Shown here: positions 1 through 16,281 of the stretch, piece after piece
Position numbering within the stretch: position 1 is the first letter of the stretch
Layout of the letters: each line of letters opens with the position of its first letter
Assembly: GCF_009914755.1 (NCBI RefSeq)
Contig: NC_060939.1
Length of the DNA: 64,000 nt
Source: the human T2T-CHM13v2.0 reference genome, Homo sapiens
Direction: 5' to 3' (one strand)
The notes under the pieces: model-generated
Databases searched by the model: none
Seen by the model: only the letters and a program-made list of their open reading frames with translations
Told to the model about the DNA's origin: nothing
Translations under genes and position numbers: made by a program

Positions 1-644
1 GACCAAGCAATAAAACCTGAAGGAAGGACTCTCTGTAGGGCAGTGGGACAGGGGGCAGATGTGATGGCGCAGAACAGAATGGCGAAGTTTCTGAGCCAGG
101 CAATTTCAAGAAATCTGTAACAGAGGGACAAAGAATGAAAGGGAGAAGGAGCTATCCAGGAGAACAGGGCTAGTAGGAAGAATGTAAGAAATCTAGCAGG
201 CTGGTGGCCAAGCAGTGGTGTGCTAGAATCTATTCATATTAGTACTGGCTCATGAGAGCCCATTGTTACATTTTCAGGATTTTTGTGAGCCACTTGACAT
301 TAGGTTGGTTGCTGGAAATTGGCTATGTCGTATTCATACTACAGAAATTGATAAATGCTACAAATCCGGGTGCCCACCCACCTCTTGAAGCTCTCAATGG
401 CCAGTTGTTAAAATTTACCAGCACACCACTGGCTGCCAAACTCCTAGGCTCCAGTGGCTTAAAATCCCAACGATCTAAGAGATCCAACTTGAGAGGTGAA
501 CTGGACAGCCTAGCCCCACCCCTTCTCTCCTCCTTGTGCTCTGAAGGGGCTGTGCCCAAGAGCATCAGAGAGGAAACTGCGATATGCCACCCACAGCCCC
601 TGGGTGGGGACTCCCTGTAAAAGAGTAGTGATCACAGCCTAGAC

Positions 645-833
645 TAGAGTTCTCAAAGTGGGGTCTCCAGACCACCAGCAGCAACATCACCTGGGAACTT
701 GTGAGAAATGCAGATTCTCAGGCTCCTCTCCAGGCCTGCTGAATCAGGAACTCTTGGAGTAAGGCCAAGAAATCTGTGTTTTAACAAGCCCCACAAGCAA
801 TACTGATGCTTGCCTGATTTCGAGAATCATCGG
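645..833. mobile_element. MER5A-like hAT-Charlie DNA transposon (MITE)
   Basis: Typical MER5A text: gttctcaaagtg..ccagcagcaacatcacctgggaacttgtgagaaatgcagattctcaggc..gaatcag..ttttaacaagc..gagaatc. Confidence 0.75.
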
Positions 834-1049
834 GCGAGGTTGTGGTAATGATAGTTGGGTCCAATTTGTGAACTAAGACAAAAATTTAAAAATGTATCAC
901 TGTGTCACAGTAAAGAGGATTGGAAAGATGGTGGGAGGTGGGTGCAAGATGGCCCAGCAAATGGTTCAGGATGAAGTCTTGAATTATGCAAAGGATTGGC
1001 AGGTTTTATGATCCCAGGTTGGGGAGGAGCTGATTAAGACCTGTGCTGG

Positions 1050-2912
<1,863 letters not shown>

Positions 2913-3194
2913 AGACTTGTTCCGGACCTTAGTGATTCCTATGTATTATTCAACACCATGTACCACGGCGAAGTTTGCAACATCTACACACCCATCTATT
3001 TATTGATTCATTCATTCATTGAACAATTATCCTGAGGGAGCACAACTATTCAAGGATCCTGTGTTTTGCAAAAACAGGAGTGAATAAGTCACGTTCCCTA
3101 CTCATAAATAGCTCATATTTCTAGAGGAGAAACAGTTGGGCAAAATATAATTACAATGCCCTAGCTACCTGACCCTAGCTAGGAAGGCTTTCAT

Positions 3195-3385
3195 TTAAAC
3201 TATATCATTTAGTTTTTATAAATAATCCAGTCAGCTATGACTTACTCCATTATATAGAGAAGAAAACAAAAGCTCAGGGAGGTGAAGTGACTTTTCTAAG
3301 GACACACAGTCTTTAAATATCAGAGCCAGGCTTGAATTCAGGTTTTCCAAAGCTAATTCCAGCTCCGTGTTCTCTGTATAACTGA
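3195..3385 (-). mobile_element. MIR fragment
   Basis: Degenerate MIR core (ccatta..agagaagaaaac..gctcagggaggtgaagtgactt..ctaaggacacacag). Confidence 0.6.
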
Positions 3386-3549
3386 GGCCTAAAAGATTGA
3401 ACAGTTCCAGTTTTGCCCAGTGTTTTCCCCATGGTTTGTAGCAATTATAAAAATAGATATCACACAAGACCATGCTGAACCTTTCCTTTTTGTCTAAGTA
3501 CTTCCTAAAGGAACAGTCCTGCCATGTGTCATTAAAGCAGGAGTTCTCA

Positions 3550-3844
<295 letters not shown>

Positions 3845-6124
3845 TTATCTTTTTGAAAAATGCAAAGAAGAAATGAGAATTTGTTTTCAAAATTAAATTC
3901 AGAGTGATAAATTCCTCTCCTGGGACCCAATTCCATGAGCCTGTGGCCTGGCATTCTTTCCTTGGACTTATATGTAAAGACAGGGATACCTTCTACCTGT
4001 ATTTTTCTGCGGTTGGCATGATTTCTGAAGTAACTATTAACAACACAGTGGTACGCTTCAACAGTAGAATTGTATACTTATGCAGATTTATGAGAGATTT
4101 TTGTTCTGTTAAAATTTCTTTTCTGAGGCAGTGTAATGGGAACACGTGCCAGATGGACTCAAGATGGTCTTATCTGATATCTATTAATATTACTGTTGCA
4201 ACCCACAGGAAAGGCACTGGGTGGAGTTGGCTGACCCTGTCATGTGAAGCATGAGGCTTGCTATTGCCTACTTTAGCAGAGTGATGTGCAAGGGATGCCT
4301 GACACCAACTCACCCCAGCCTTGGTGAAGCGTTTACATTACTAGTCTATTTATAATAAAAAGCTCTGGCTGTGCCACTGAGGTCCTTTAGGAAAATAGCA
4401 ACCCAAAGAGTTTATGCAAAATAATATCCTTATTTGCTTATTGGGCTAAAATGTGTCAAGGACAAGACTTTGGAAATAGGATGCACATGAATCCCAGCCC
4501 AAACCTTTTACCAGCTGTGTGACCCTGGGCAGACTTTGATTTCCATAAATGCAAGAGGGCAATAATAAAATATACTTTTCCAGGTAATCAGGAGTGTTAG
4601 CAATAATGTTCATAAATAACATAAAGTTCCAGGAGAAGAGTGGATGCTCAATAAGTGGTTACTCTTGTTTTCAAGATTTCCCCCCATGAAGTTACCTAAG
4701 AAGCGTAACATTTCCTCCAATGAATAATATGTGTGATGCATCGATCACAATGGATATATGTTGTTTAGAGTCAACCTTTTTTTGTTTTGGAACCTATCTT
4801 AAACTATGCTGGCAAACTTAAAAATTCAGCTAACATTTGGCCTAGAAAAAGGTAGAAAGGTTATGTTATGCCCCATTAAAAAAAATGCCAGTATGGTATT
4901 TTTCTCATTTTTACATGATGGTCTCTTATTCTGCATCAGTGATAATGAAGACTTTTTAATTATCAATAATTTTTCATTAAATATTGCCAAGCTGTTGCTA
5001 ATTTTCTTTGGTGAACACTAGCAAAATATTTGCCTGGATGACAGTACTTGAGAATTATCCAAGTCCAAGAACACAGAATAATGGGAAACTAGGCCCTTCC
5101 TTTCTAATTTCCAGGGCTGTTTCTAGAACAGCACTTTCTTCTACAGCAGGCTCTCCAAGGACACCAATTTGGGCAAAATCAGGCACATCATTGCAAACCT
5201 GAGTGTGGAGACTTGCTCACTTGGCATTTACTGGAAAAAAAAAAAAAAAAAGAACTTCCACGTGCCACGGGCATTTAAATGCTTGCTAGACCTTGCGGTT
5301 GCAGAGGGGAGTCAACAGGACTCCTGCCTCCAAGGATTCTCAGTGGGCTGAGGTCTGCAGGCATGCATTGAATCCCACAGCGCAGAAAAAACTCCAACAA
5401 GTTATGAGCTTGTGTGATGCGGGAAGAAAGAACAGTTCTTGTAATGACACAAAGATAGAGGAGGCCACCTATCTGACAACTCAAATCTAATTTCATTATA
5501 AAAGTCACTTATTTCATAATGAAGTCAAAACTTCTGTTGCGTATGTATTTGTCTCAACAAACTCTTTGGTTGTAAGTAAAGGGCAACAATTCAGGGGACT
5601 TAAGGACTAAAATTCGGAATGGACTCAAGAATGCTTTGTGAAGCCTTGAGGCTTAAGTGACCGGACCTCTCAAGGGAGGTAGTCACAGTCAGAAAGCCCT
5701 CAGCTATCTGAGCAGTCCTCATACCTCACCTCTGTTTCTCTGTGTCTGTTTCATTCTTGTCTTTCTTCCACCTGTCCTACTCTGCCTTTCTAGGTGAAGC
5801 ACAGAAAACAGTTGCCCCACAGCATCTAAGTATGTCTTCCCTAAATCCAATCAGCTAAGGGCTCTGTGTCTGGACCTTGTGGAACCAAGAGGCAGCTGCA
5901 GCCCACCCAGCTGGTGAGGGAAGTTCTTAGGGAAAGTGAGTCATCCCCCATTGTTAAAGCACTGGATTGGGACTGTTCATAAGGTAAATAACCCAAGTTG
6001 CACACATAGCTATGGAAATGGTAGGTCAGAGGGAGAAGGTTCGGCTTCAGATTGGAAAGAGAGGAATGTTTGTAGAAGAAATGAAAATCAATTGAGCATG
6101 GAAAGAAAGTTTTAACCAGCATAG

Positions 6125-6754
6125 TGAAGCAGCATCATTGTCTGGGGTAAATACCTGGGATTCGTTGTTTCACGGCCAAGGAAAACTAGGACACAGACAC
6201 ACAGAGGGTAAGGTTCAGAGTGGAAGTTTAATAGGCGAAAGAAAGAGCTCTCTTGCTACAGAGAGGGGTCCCAGAGAAAATGGTTGCCGCGTCCGCAATG
6301 AAATGCAGGTTTTATAGATGAGCTTGAGGGGGTAGTGTCCGATTTACATAAGGCATGAAAGACTGGTTGCACCAGGTGTGCTATTTGCATAGTGCGTGTA
6401 AAAGCTGGCCGCCCCACCATAATTTTTTACTATGCAGATGGGTTCGCTGCCCGGCTGGTGCCATGTTGCCTGGTTCTTTTCTGTACACGTGGTGACAAAG
6501 AAGGGGGAAGATGGAGCCTCCATGTTGAACATGCCTGGCCTTCAGGTAGCCCTTTCCTATTGGCACAGCTGCCGGCACATTCACATGTGCAAGCTTCCAG
6601 CTTGCTTATTTATGTCTGCAGCTCGTTTTTTCAGGCTGCTCTTTGTTAGAAAAGAAGTGATTTGGGGGCTGTTTTTATTAAAACGGAAAATCTGCCGAGG
6701 ACTCTGTTGCCCTTACTATCTGCTTAAATAATTTCTTTCTACCTCCTGTTATCA
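6125..6754 (-). mobile_element. Solo ERV1 (MER4-group; MER50-like, tentative) LTR
   Basis: TG...CA termini (tgaagcagc...ctcctgttatca), ~630 bp, near-matching 4-bp flanks atag/gtag; minus strand begins tgataacaggaggtagaaagaaattatttaagcagatag. Confidence 0.75.
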
Positions 6755-7084
6755 GTAGGGATGAGGGGGCGGGGGTGGGGAGTTGGGGGGAAACCCAGAC
6801 CCAAAGAGTGAAGAGAAGTCTAAGGAATAATCAGACAGTAACCGCTAAGACCAAAAGCAAGACAGAATTAGGTGCCAGGAATTAACTGAGGCAAGCAGTT
6901 CAGAACAAAACCTGGAGTGAGTTTGTCCTGAAGTTTCCCTGTGGGAAGTACATAAGGAAAGCTATGGTCCTTCCGAGATGGTGGCTGTGTGGAGCTACTT
7001 GGTCTCCATTTCCCAGGCGCATCTTCAATTAACCACTCACATCCTAACCCCATAATGGCATCTCATTCTTATTCTGGCTAGTTA

Positions 7085-7290
7085 ACATCTATTGAGCAGT
7101 TAACCATGCACCAGGCACTGTGCTATCTATATTACTTGAAATGATTTCCCCAATAGTGCAGTGAAATAGGTGTCTTTATTTACATTTTACATATGAGGAA
7201 ACTGAGGTTTACGTGAAGCAAATCGCTTAGGGGCACATAGCAAGTAAGCCACAGGTGCAGCTTTGTGCGACAGACACTAAGACCTGTTTC
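7085..7290 (-). mobile_element. MIR element
   Basis: tattgagcag..atgcaccaggcactgtgcta..cattttacatatgaggaaactgagg core. Confidence 0.7.
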
Positions 7291-9640
7291 TGCAATTACT
7301 ATAGTGTCTATCCTCCACGTATTCTATCTTTGATTTGTCAACTAGATTGTCACAAAACTAGCACCCGATACATCTAATTTTCTGCCTCCCTTAAGAAAAT
7401 AACTTATAATTCCAGACCACCTTCACTGATTGGGGGAAGAAGCTGAGGGTGATGAATTCATGCAAATTCTGGGGAAAAGTCTAATATAAAATAAAAGACA
7501 GGCCAAGCCTCAAAAAACCTCCATCAGGTTTTGTTGTTGTTGTTGTTTGCCTACTTTATGTTTTTTGGGTTCTGAGCTCTTGAAATTGCAATGGCTGCCT
7601 GTTTTCATTTGCAAAACTTCTCACCGTAGCATTACAGCTTTGGTAAGTGCTTTTGAAAGCAAAAGAGCATATATATTTAGCAGAGAAGGTCAAAAAGAAG
7701 TCTCTAAATAGAAAAATATGTGTGCTTAAACTTTTGTCTCATTTAAATATGAAGATAAATTTAAGCACTCTTTGGTGTCCACAATTCCAACCTCATAAAT
7801 TAGAAGCAACCATAGTAAATGCATCCAGCAGGATTTAAGCTATCCTTTTATTTCCCCTAATTATAAAGCACGGGGCTGAAAACATTCGCGCTGATTTACT
7901 CAATTTCCTATTGTCAAGTTCTATGTCTACACTTGATGTGATTATGTTAATGCGCTAATTAAGTTTGGTGTCCTTTACATACGTTCTGCTTCCAGCAAAA
8001 TAAGAAAATGCTAAGAGAAGTATGTTTTCCTTGAATGTGGTCTGGAATAAATAGGGCAAATGCCCTGTGAGAGCAGAAAATATTATCTTTTGGGTTGAGC
8101 TGCCTTAGATACAATTTAATTTGAATGCTTGAACATATTTATGAGGTGCAAGAAGCAAATAGAAAAGAGCATTCAAGCTGTGTAGTGTGCCTTGCTTTCA
8201 CCATTAGAGCTGAAACGATGGTGAATGTTCTCATATGTGAGCCAGAGTGTTTTGGGGGACACTACAGGGAGCAAAAGTCAAGAATATGCTGCTTGTATAT
8301 TTCACCCAAGGGCACCTTTAACTCAAATTTATATCTTGTTCTATTTTTTTTCTGACTCGATTTATGCAGACATTTTCATTATTTTGCAGGTTGATATTCC
8401 TTCTGATTTTCAACTCTAGAAAAAGGACTGGGGCCCAGGTCTTATCTGTGATAATGCATATTCTTAAAAGAGACAAAAAGAGTCAATTGTTTCCCTTTGC
8501 AAATTAAAATATGACACGATATTTTGTTAATACTTAAATTTTAAATTTCATGTTATTGAAAGAGCTCTTTCAGATTTATTTAGATGTAGATTTTTATCAT
8601 GTGACACTCAAGCATATATTAGTTAAGCTTTTCCTAAAATTGGATCATAGTCAGAGTCTTTCTTCTGAATCACTTACAACTCAGAGTCAATGTACATGTT
8701 TTTCTTCACACTTTCATCCTCTGGACTAGATGTTGAAGCATTTCTCATATTTGTCCCAATGCTGCCTCCAGGACGTTCTGCAAGTCTCGATGCTGAACTT
8801 TCTTGATCTTATTAGAAGGGTCATCCAAAGGTTTTTAGTCTATGTTGTGCATGCAGAGCATAGCAATTATGCCAATATGACAATGACTGTGAAACACTAC
8901 TGACTGTAAGCCACCTCCTGATTTCAGAGAGAACCCTAGAATCCATGAAATACCGTAAATCCATAGCAGCAATCCTCCTAGGGTTGTTGTGAGAAATATC
9001 CTGGAATAGTGCCTAACACTTAGTAAGCATTCAATAAGTGATAGCTGTCAGCAATACTACTCTAACTTGTTGTGATGGCTCTGTATATGTAAATTATTGA
9101 ATAATTAGGGTAATAAATTATACCCATAAATTATACCCAGGCTTTAGTTAAACAGGTATTTCAGGAATGTGTGCCTGTTTGGTCTCAAACAATGGGAAAG
9201 GATCTCCTATTCAGTAAATGGTGCTGGGAAAACTGGCTAGCCATATGCAGAAAACTGATACCGGACCCCTTCATTACACCTTATACAAAAATTAACTCAA
9301 GATGGATTAAAGACTTAAATGTAAAACTCAAAACCCTAAAAACCCTAGAAGAAAACCTAGGCAACACCATTCAGGACATAGGCATGGGTAAAGGCTTCAT
9401 GACAAAAATGCCAAAAGCAATTGCAACAAAAGCCAAAATTGACAAATGGGATCTAATGAACTAAAGAGTTTCTACACAGCAAAAGAAACTATCATCAGCT
9501 TCAACAGGCAACCTATAGAATGGGAGAAAAATTTTTCGATCTACCCATCTGACAAAGGTCTAATATCCAGAATTTACAAGGAGCTTAAACATATTTGCAA
9601 TAAAAAAAACCAACAACCCCATCAAAAAGTGGGCAAAGGA

Positions 9641-10153
<513 letters not shown>

Positions 10154-10511
10154 AAAGTGGGTAAAGGATATGAACAGACACTTCTCAAAAGAAGATATTT
10201 ATGTGGCCAATAAACACATGGAAAAAAGCTCAACATCACTGATCATCAAAGAAATGCAAATCAAAACCACAATGAGATCTCACGCCAGTCAGAATGGCGA
10301 TTATTAAAAAGTCAGGAAACAATAGATGCTGGTGAGGCTATGGAGAAATAGGATTGCTTTTATGCTGTTGGTAGGAATGTAAATTAGTTCAACCTTTGTG
10401 GAAGACAGTATGGTGATCCCTCAAGGATCTAGAACCAGAAATACTATTTGACCCAGCAATCCCATTAATGGGTATATACCCAAAGGAATACAAATCATTC
10501 TACTATAAAGA

Positions 10512-10949
10512 CACATGCACACGTATGTTTATTGCAGCACTATTTACAACAGCAAAGACATGGAACCAACCTAAATGCTCATCAGTGATAGACTGGATAA
10601 AGAAAATGTGGTACATATACACCATGGAATACTATGCAGCCATAAAAAGGAATGAGATCATGTCCTTTGCAGGGACATGGATGAAGCTGAAAGCCATCAT
10701 CTTCAGCAAACTAACACAGGAACAGAAAATCACACGCACACATATGTTTATTGCAGCACTATTTACAACAGCAAAGACATGGAACCAACCTAAATGTCCA
10801 TCAATGATAGACTGAATAAAGAAAATGTGGTACATATACACCATGGAATACTATGCAGCCATAAAAAGGAATGAGACCATGTCCTTTGCAGGGACATGGA
10901 TGAAGCTGGAAGCCATCATCCTTAGCAAACTAACACAGGAACAGAAAAC
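10512..10949 (+). repeat. 219-bp tandem duplication within L1 ORF2 end
   Basis: attgcagcactatttacaacagcaaagacatggaacc occurs at 10531 and 10750 (offset 219); the whole unit is repeated. Confidence 0.95.
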
Positions 10950-11179
10950 TAAACACTGCATGTTCTCACTCATAAGTGGCTGCTGAATATTGAGAACTCA
11001 TGGACGCAGAGCGGGGGACAACACACACAAGGGCTTGTTGGGGGTTGGGGGATGAGGGGAGGGAACTGACGGGTCAATAGGTGCAGCAAACCACCATGGC
11101 ACATGGTTACCTATGTAACAAACCTGTACGTTCTGCACATGTATCCCATTTTTTTTTCGAAGAAATAAAGAAAAAGCTA

Positions 11180-11620
11180 ATCTGAAAAGTCTACATACTG
11201 TATGGTTCTAAACTATATAACATCCCACAAAAGGCAAAACTACCGGGATAGTAAAAAATTAGTGGTTTCCAGGGATTGGTAGGGAAGGAGGGATGAATAG
11301 ATGGAGCAAAGAGAATTTTTAGGGTAGTGAAACTATTCTTTATGATACTATAAAAGTGGATACATATCATTATACATTTATCCAACCCCATGGAATGTAC
11401 ATCACAAATGTAAACCCTGATGTAAATTGTGGACTTTGGATGAAAACGATGTGTCAATGTAGGTTTATTGACTATAACAAATGTACTAGTCTGATGAGAC
11501 ATGTTGATAGTCAGGAGGCTGTGTGTGTGGAGGGGTAGGGGGTATGTGGGAACGCTGTACTTTTCACTAAATTTTGCTGTGAACCTAAAACTGCTCTAAA
11601 ATAATATCTTTTAAAAGCAG
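11180..11620 (+). mobile_element. L1MC-like 3'UTR fragment
   Basis: ctacatactgtatg..aaaggcaaaacta..tatcattatacattt..aaaccctgatgtaaattgtggactttgg..ttttgctgtgaacctaaaactgctctaaaa. Confidence 0.75.
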
Positions 11621-11629
11621 AAACATTTC

Positions 11630-12070
11630 TAGATTAAAGAGACATAAAGTCATGACAATGAAATATAACATGTGATCCTGGGTTGGACCCTGAACAAGGA
11701 TTCTTTTTTTCCATACAGCACAATTTTGGGATAATTGGGAAAAAATGAATAAGGTTTGTAGCTTAGATAATTATATCGATGATAATTTCTTGATTTGATA
11801 ATTATAATATGGTTATATAAGAGGGAGCCCTTTTTCTCAGGAAATACACAGAAGTATTTAGCAGAAAGGACTCTGTCTCCAGTTAGTCTCAAATGGTTAG
11901 GAAACAACAATATTGGTATATATATATAGATATAAATATGTATAGAGAGAGAAGAAATGATAAAGCAAATGTGGCAAAATGCTAACAGTTGGGGTGAAAG
12001 GCTTATGATAGTTCTTTCTACTATTTTTGCAACTCTATTGAAAGCCTGAAATTATTTCAAAATAAAAAAT
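11630..12070 (+). mobile_element. Old L1M (MC/ME-type) 3' fragment
   Basis: agattaaagagaca..tgtgatcctgg..tggaccctgaac..tatttttgcaact..tgaaattatttcaaaataaaaa. Confidence 0.6.
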
Positions 12071-12914
12071 ATGAATAATTGGGAAAACAAACCACTTCAA
12101 AGAAAATAAAAAGTACATGAAGAGTATTAAACTCATTTTGAACCAATGATAGCATTCTAAATTCCATTCTGAACGCTTTTGTTATTGACATGCACACTCG
12201 TAGAATTATAGTCTTAGTGTTCGCTTCTTTCTTTCTGCTTTCTTTTAAACTCAACATTATTTCATGTAAACAATCTCTGCATTGACAGAGTGCAAAGACC
12301 TGCTACTTTCTAGGGACGTTTTAGGATCCCACCACTTGGCTGGGCCTTGGTAGCTTATGAATTATTTTTTTTTTGTTATTTATCAATTCCTAGCATGTTT
12401 ATCTTATTCTACAAAAAATAGTGTCAGAGCTAGTATTGTTATTAACTGTAAAAAGCCTACTCACCTCACCTACCCCAACCCCTTGTTCTCGCATCCTGTA
12501 GCATCATAAGATGCAATCACCTACCAGTGAAAGCACAATGATGAGTTCTCAGAGTGGTTAGCCTGCTGGCTCCTGCATTGTTAGTCTATGCAGATACCTG
12601 ATTTTGAATCTTGACCATGTTTGCGACTAGCTGTATGATCTTAGGCAAGTTATCGAGTCTCTCTAAGCCTCTGTTTCCGTTTATTTCATTTACTTAAGTC
12701 TTTCTCAAAAGTTTGAATGTAGATCTTGCTCTATATGTGAATCCTGAATACCTTACTCTATTTTTTGTTTCCCCTATTTACAGAGAACTTCCTCAATCTC
12801 ATTCCAATTTACTTCACTAAGTTAGCAAGAGAAGTTACATATCAAGTTTCTGTGTTAAAATGGGATAACATTATCAGTGGAGAGAGCTCTAGTTTGCATA
12901 AATTAATACTTTAA

Positions 12915-13135
12915 GATTGACTGAGCAAGAATTTTGGAGTCAGATTTGTCTGTATTCACATATTTATCTATGTCACTTATCAGCTATGTGACCTTAGGCA
13001 AATTCCTCTTTAACTCTGTAAGTATCAGTCACCAGATCTATAGAATGAAAATAATATTAACTACATTAAAGAGTTACTTTAAAGGGTTAAATGAAATCTA
13101 TATAAAACAATTTTGCAATATTTTAGACACTTTGT
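12915..13135 (+). mobile_element. MIR element
   Basis: ttggagtcagat..tcacttatcagctatgtgaccttaggcaaattcctctt core. Confidence 0.65.
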
Positions 13136-13151
13136 AGATATAGACATAGTT

Positions 13152-13154
<3 letters not shown>

Positions 13155-13184
<30 letters not shown>
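13155..13184. repeat. (TA)n microsatellite
   Basis: Direct reading. Confidence 0.9.
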
Positions 13185-13189
<5 letters not shown>

Positions 13190-16100
13190 TATATATAGAC
13201 GTTGACCTAAATACTCACATAAAAATAAATATGATATAGTTATTTACAGATTAAAATTGGAAATCAGTGAGACAAAGATGCTCTCTAGAAAGGTCAGGGG
13301 CTGCTCAGCATCACCCTGGGGCATGACTACTCCCCTTGGTCTGGAACCTTGGTTTTTCTTTTTAGCTCAAGCAGAGCTCATCAGGTCCTGAGGGACAGAC
13401 TGAACTGATCAAATATCAGTTTATTTTTAATAGGGAGCAAAAATGGCAAGTACACTACAGTGAACCTGTGGGCTGATCTGCTCATTACCTTTTAGAGGAA
13501 AGTCTCCTTAGGAAGCCAGATTATCCTCTGAAGGTTGCTGGGGCAGGGTGGGGTGTGTGTATGTACACATGTGAAGTATAGGCCAGAAGTGGAGTGACGG
13601 GGGATTAGAAACATGGCCTTGTGGCCAATATCACTGAGTCATACATAACAGCCTAATGTGCCCCCATCAAGGAGAAGAACTGGCAGCATGATTAGGGAAC
13701 TACTTGAGTCCTGGACACATCTTGTTTCTTGACGAGGCTCCTCATAGACCATTCCTTGCTATTGACAAAGAAGTTCTTGTGTATCATTGCTTGTTATTTT
13801 GTTTTTCTCCAAAATGTTACTTGTAACAAGTCTTTATTCTTCCCCCTCTCCTCCAATACACATTCATCTTTAGCAGGTCTTGTTAGATTTTCTAGCTCTT
13901 TTTTTTTTTTTTTTTGCATTTGACCCAAAAAAGATATTCTTTTAAGTCAACATCTGCCCTAAACAGTTGTATCTAATTTGTGCTTATTTCTAGTATCTTG
14001 CCTTCAATTTCCTGTTGCTATGGTCAGAATTTCAGAAACAGCTTCAGAAACCATCATGCCAACTCAGGAAACAAATTCCTTTTCTTTTTGAGCCCTGTGA
14101 GTAGGATGACTGGGGAAACACCTAGTTAGGAATATACTTTGGTCCAGAAAAAAAGAAAAAATGGGAGTTTCAAAGACACATTATATGAACAACCTCTGAG
14201 ACATGTCACACTCAGCAAGGGTGCTAAGGCCCTGCCGTTGGCTCTCCATTTGGTCAAATTCTTATGCATTATGTAAACAACTTAGGTACCAGGAACAAAA
14301 GCAGAATGCTTTTCATAATGAATATTGGGAATGTCAGGGATTTTCCTATTCAAGTATCATGTAACATGAATATGATTTGATATACAAATATTCTGTTTAA
14401 GTTACAATTTTAGAGACTCAACTGATGAAATAGAGACCAGGTGAGGATTTGTGTTTTCCTCTAAGCATTTTCTTTTCCTCAATGTTGTAGTGCGTTGGAG
14501 TTTAACAACAGTAGTGTAGGAACGAGACGACCCCAGCCCTGTCTTTGCCATCATCCCACATTCTTACCAGTGATTTTCCTTTGTAGCCAGGGGTTTGACT
14601 TTTAATAATGTATAAAATTGAGAAACCCAGACCTAGAGAAATGTACCATTATCCATCTCTCATCATTGTCCTGTTGAGACCACGCGGGCAGGAGAGACCC
14701 CCATCTTGGCAGATCAGGAAGGAATGGGTGTCTCATTTTGAATCACCTAGGAGAATAGCTAATCTTAAGCCAGGAATTGAGGTGGGCTCTGGACTGGCTA
14801 AGGAAGGAACTTCTCCCTCGTTCAGGAGGCTAGAAGGAATTGGAACTCTGGATTTAAGGTGTAGTGAGGGCTGGAGTATGTGGGTGGTGAGGGGTGCACC
14901 CAGAGGCAGGCCAGCCAGATGGTACCAACACACCTCTTTGGTTTGTTTTTCAGTTAATAGAAAGTTGGTTTCCAGTGCAAGTATTAGATGAATTAGCAAC
15001 ACAGGGAAATGGTGAGTTTCTGGAGCAGTCAGCAGTTACTGCAGCCATAGCTAGAACTACTTCTGGGTTCTGACCCCACATGCAGGTGAGAAGGAGGAGC
15101 AGGAATGGCCCTTTGTAAGGGAGGAGAGCAGAGGCCTGCCCTGAGGCTAACTCTGGATGGCAGCCATGGTGTTGGCAGCAGTGCCAGGAGAACAGAAATC
15201 AAGCAGGGTCGCTGGAAGAGATGGGTGCTGATCAGGAGGGAAGTCTGGAGTAGAGGTGGCAGGGAAGTGGATGACAGTGTGACAAGAGGCAACCAAGGCA
15301 GGTTTGTGCAAGATTCAGCTTCGTTGAGGACCACCCCCGCAACCTGCCCAGAGAGGCCTGGGGGTTGGAAACATTGTGAAAACTGGAGTTCTCCCTAGCA
15401 GGGGTGGTGGGTATTTGTGTTATACTTTAAGACACAAGAATGGAGTAGTTGTGACTGCTTCTCCTTCTGCCCAACCCACAACTTCCCTCCAACCCACAAC
15501 TCCTCCACTTTTGCTCAACATGCAAAAGCAGCACCTCTCTCTTCCACCCCAACCCTTAATTTCCTAATAGTCTAATACACAGGGAAAATGAGAAAGTTTC
15601 TTAGGTTTACCTCTAAATTGTGTACTAGATGGTTTTTAAGGTCACCGCTAAAATTCTATGACTCTGTGTTTGAAATAGTCATACATTCAAAGGACCGAAA
15701 TCTAATTCCTCAATGAGTTAGACTGAATGTTCTTGAAATAAATTTTCTTAAACAAAAACATGCTTCATTTCCCTCTAAGAGTGTGACCTACAGGAAGGAA
15801 AGTCATTGTCACCTGTCCTTTGTTTGTGGTAATTTGCATGCTAATGATCGCGCAGTCCCAGACCAGTCGGTTGGATAATGAACTTGGCCGAGCCCTGTTG
15901 TATCAGAGTAACCAGTGTGAACGCCAACAGAATGCTGAGAATCACTTGGAAAGAGAGATTAATCATTAACCAACCCTATTAATTCACTTGGCATTTTTAA
16001 GCAAAGATTACTTCTCTGTATATAACATAAGAAAAGATCAGATGCACATATTCAGCATTACTTGCTAAGACGTCCAGATAATCATATTATGCTCAAAAAG

Positions 16101-16281
16101 ATTGTTTTCAATTACGCAGGTGGCTTCCAAAATGAATTAATACAACAGGAAGGTGGTTAGCTATTAAAATCTGAATAATTTCATATATGTGGCACTTCTT
16201 CACTAATAAGACCAAGTAAAAAATGCCTGGACCAGTGAAATAATGGTGTTAAAATGATTTGAAAGTCAGAAGGTGCTGGGT

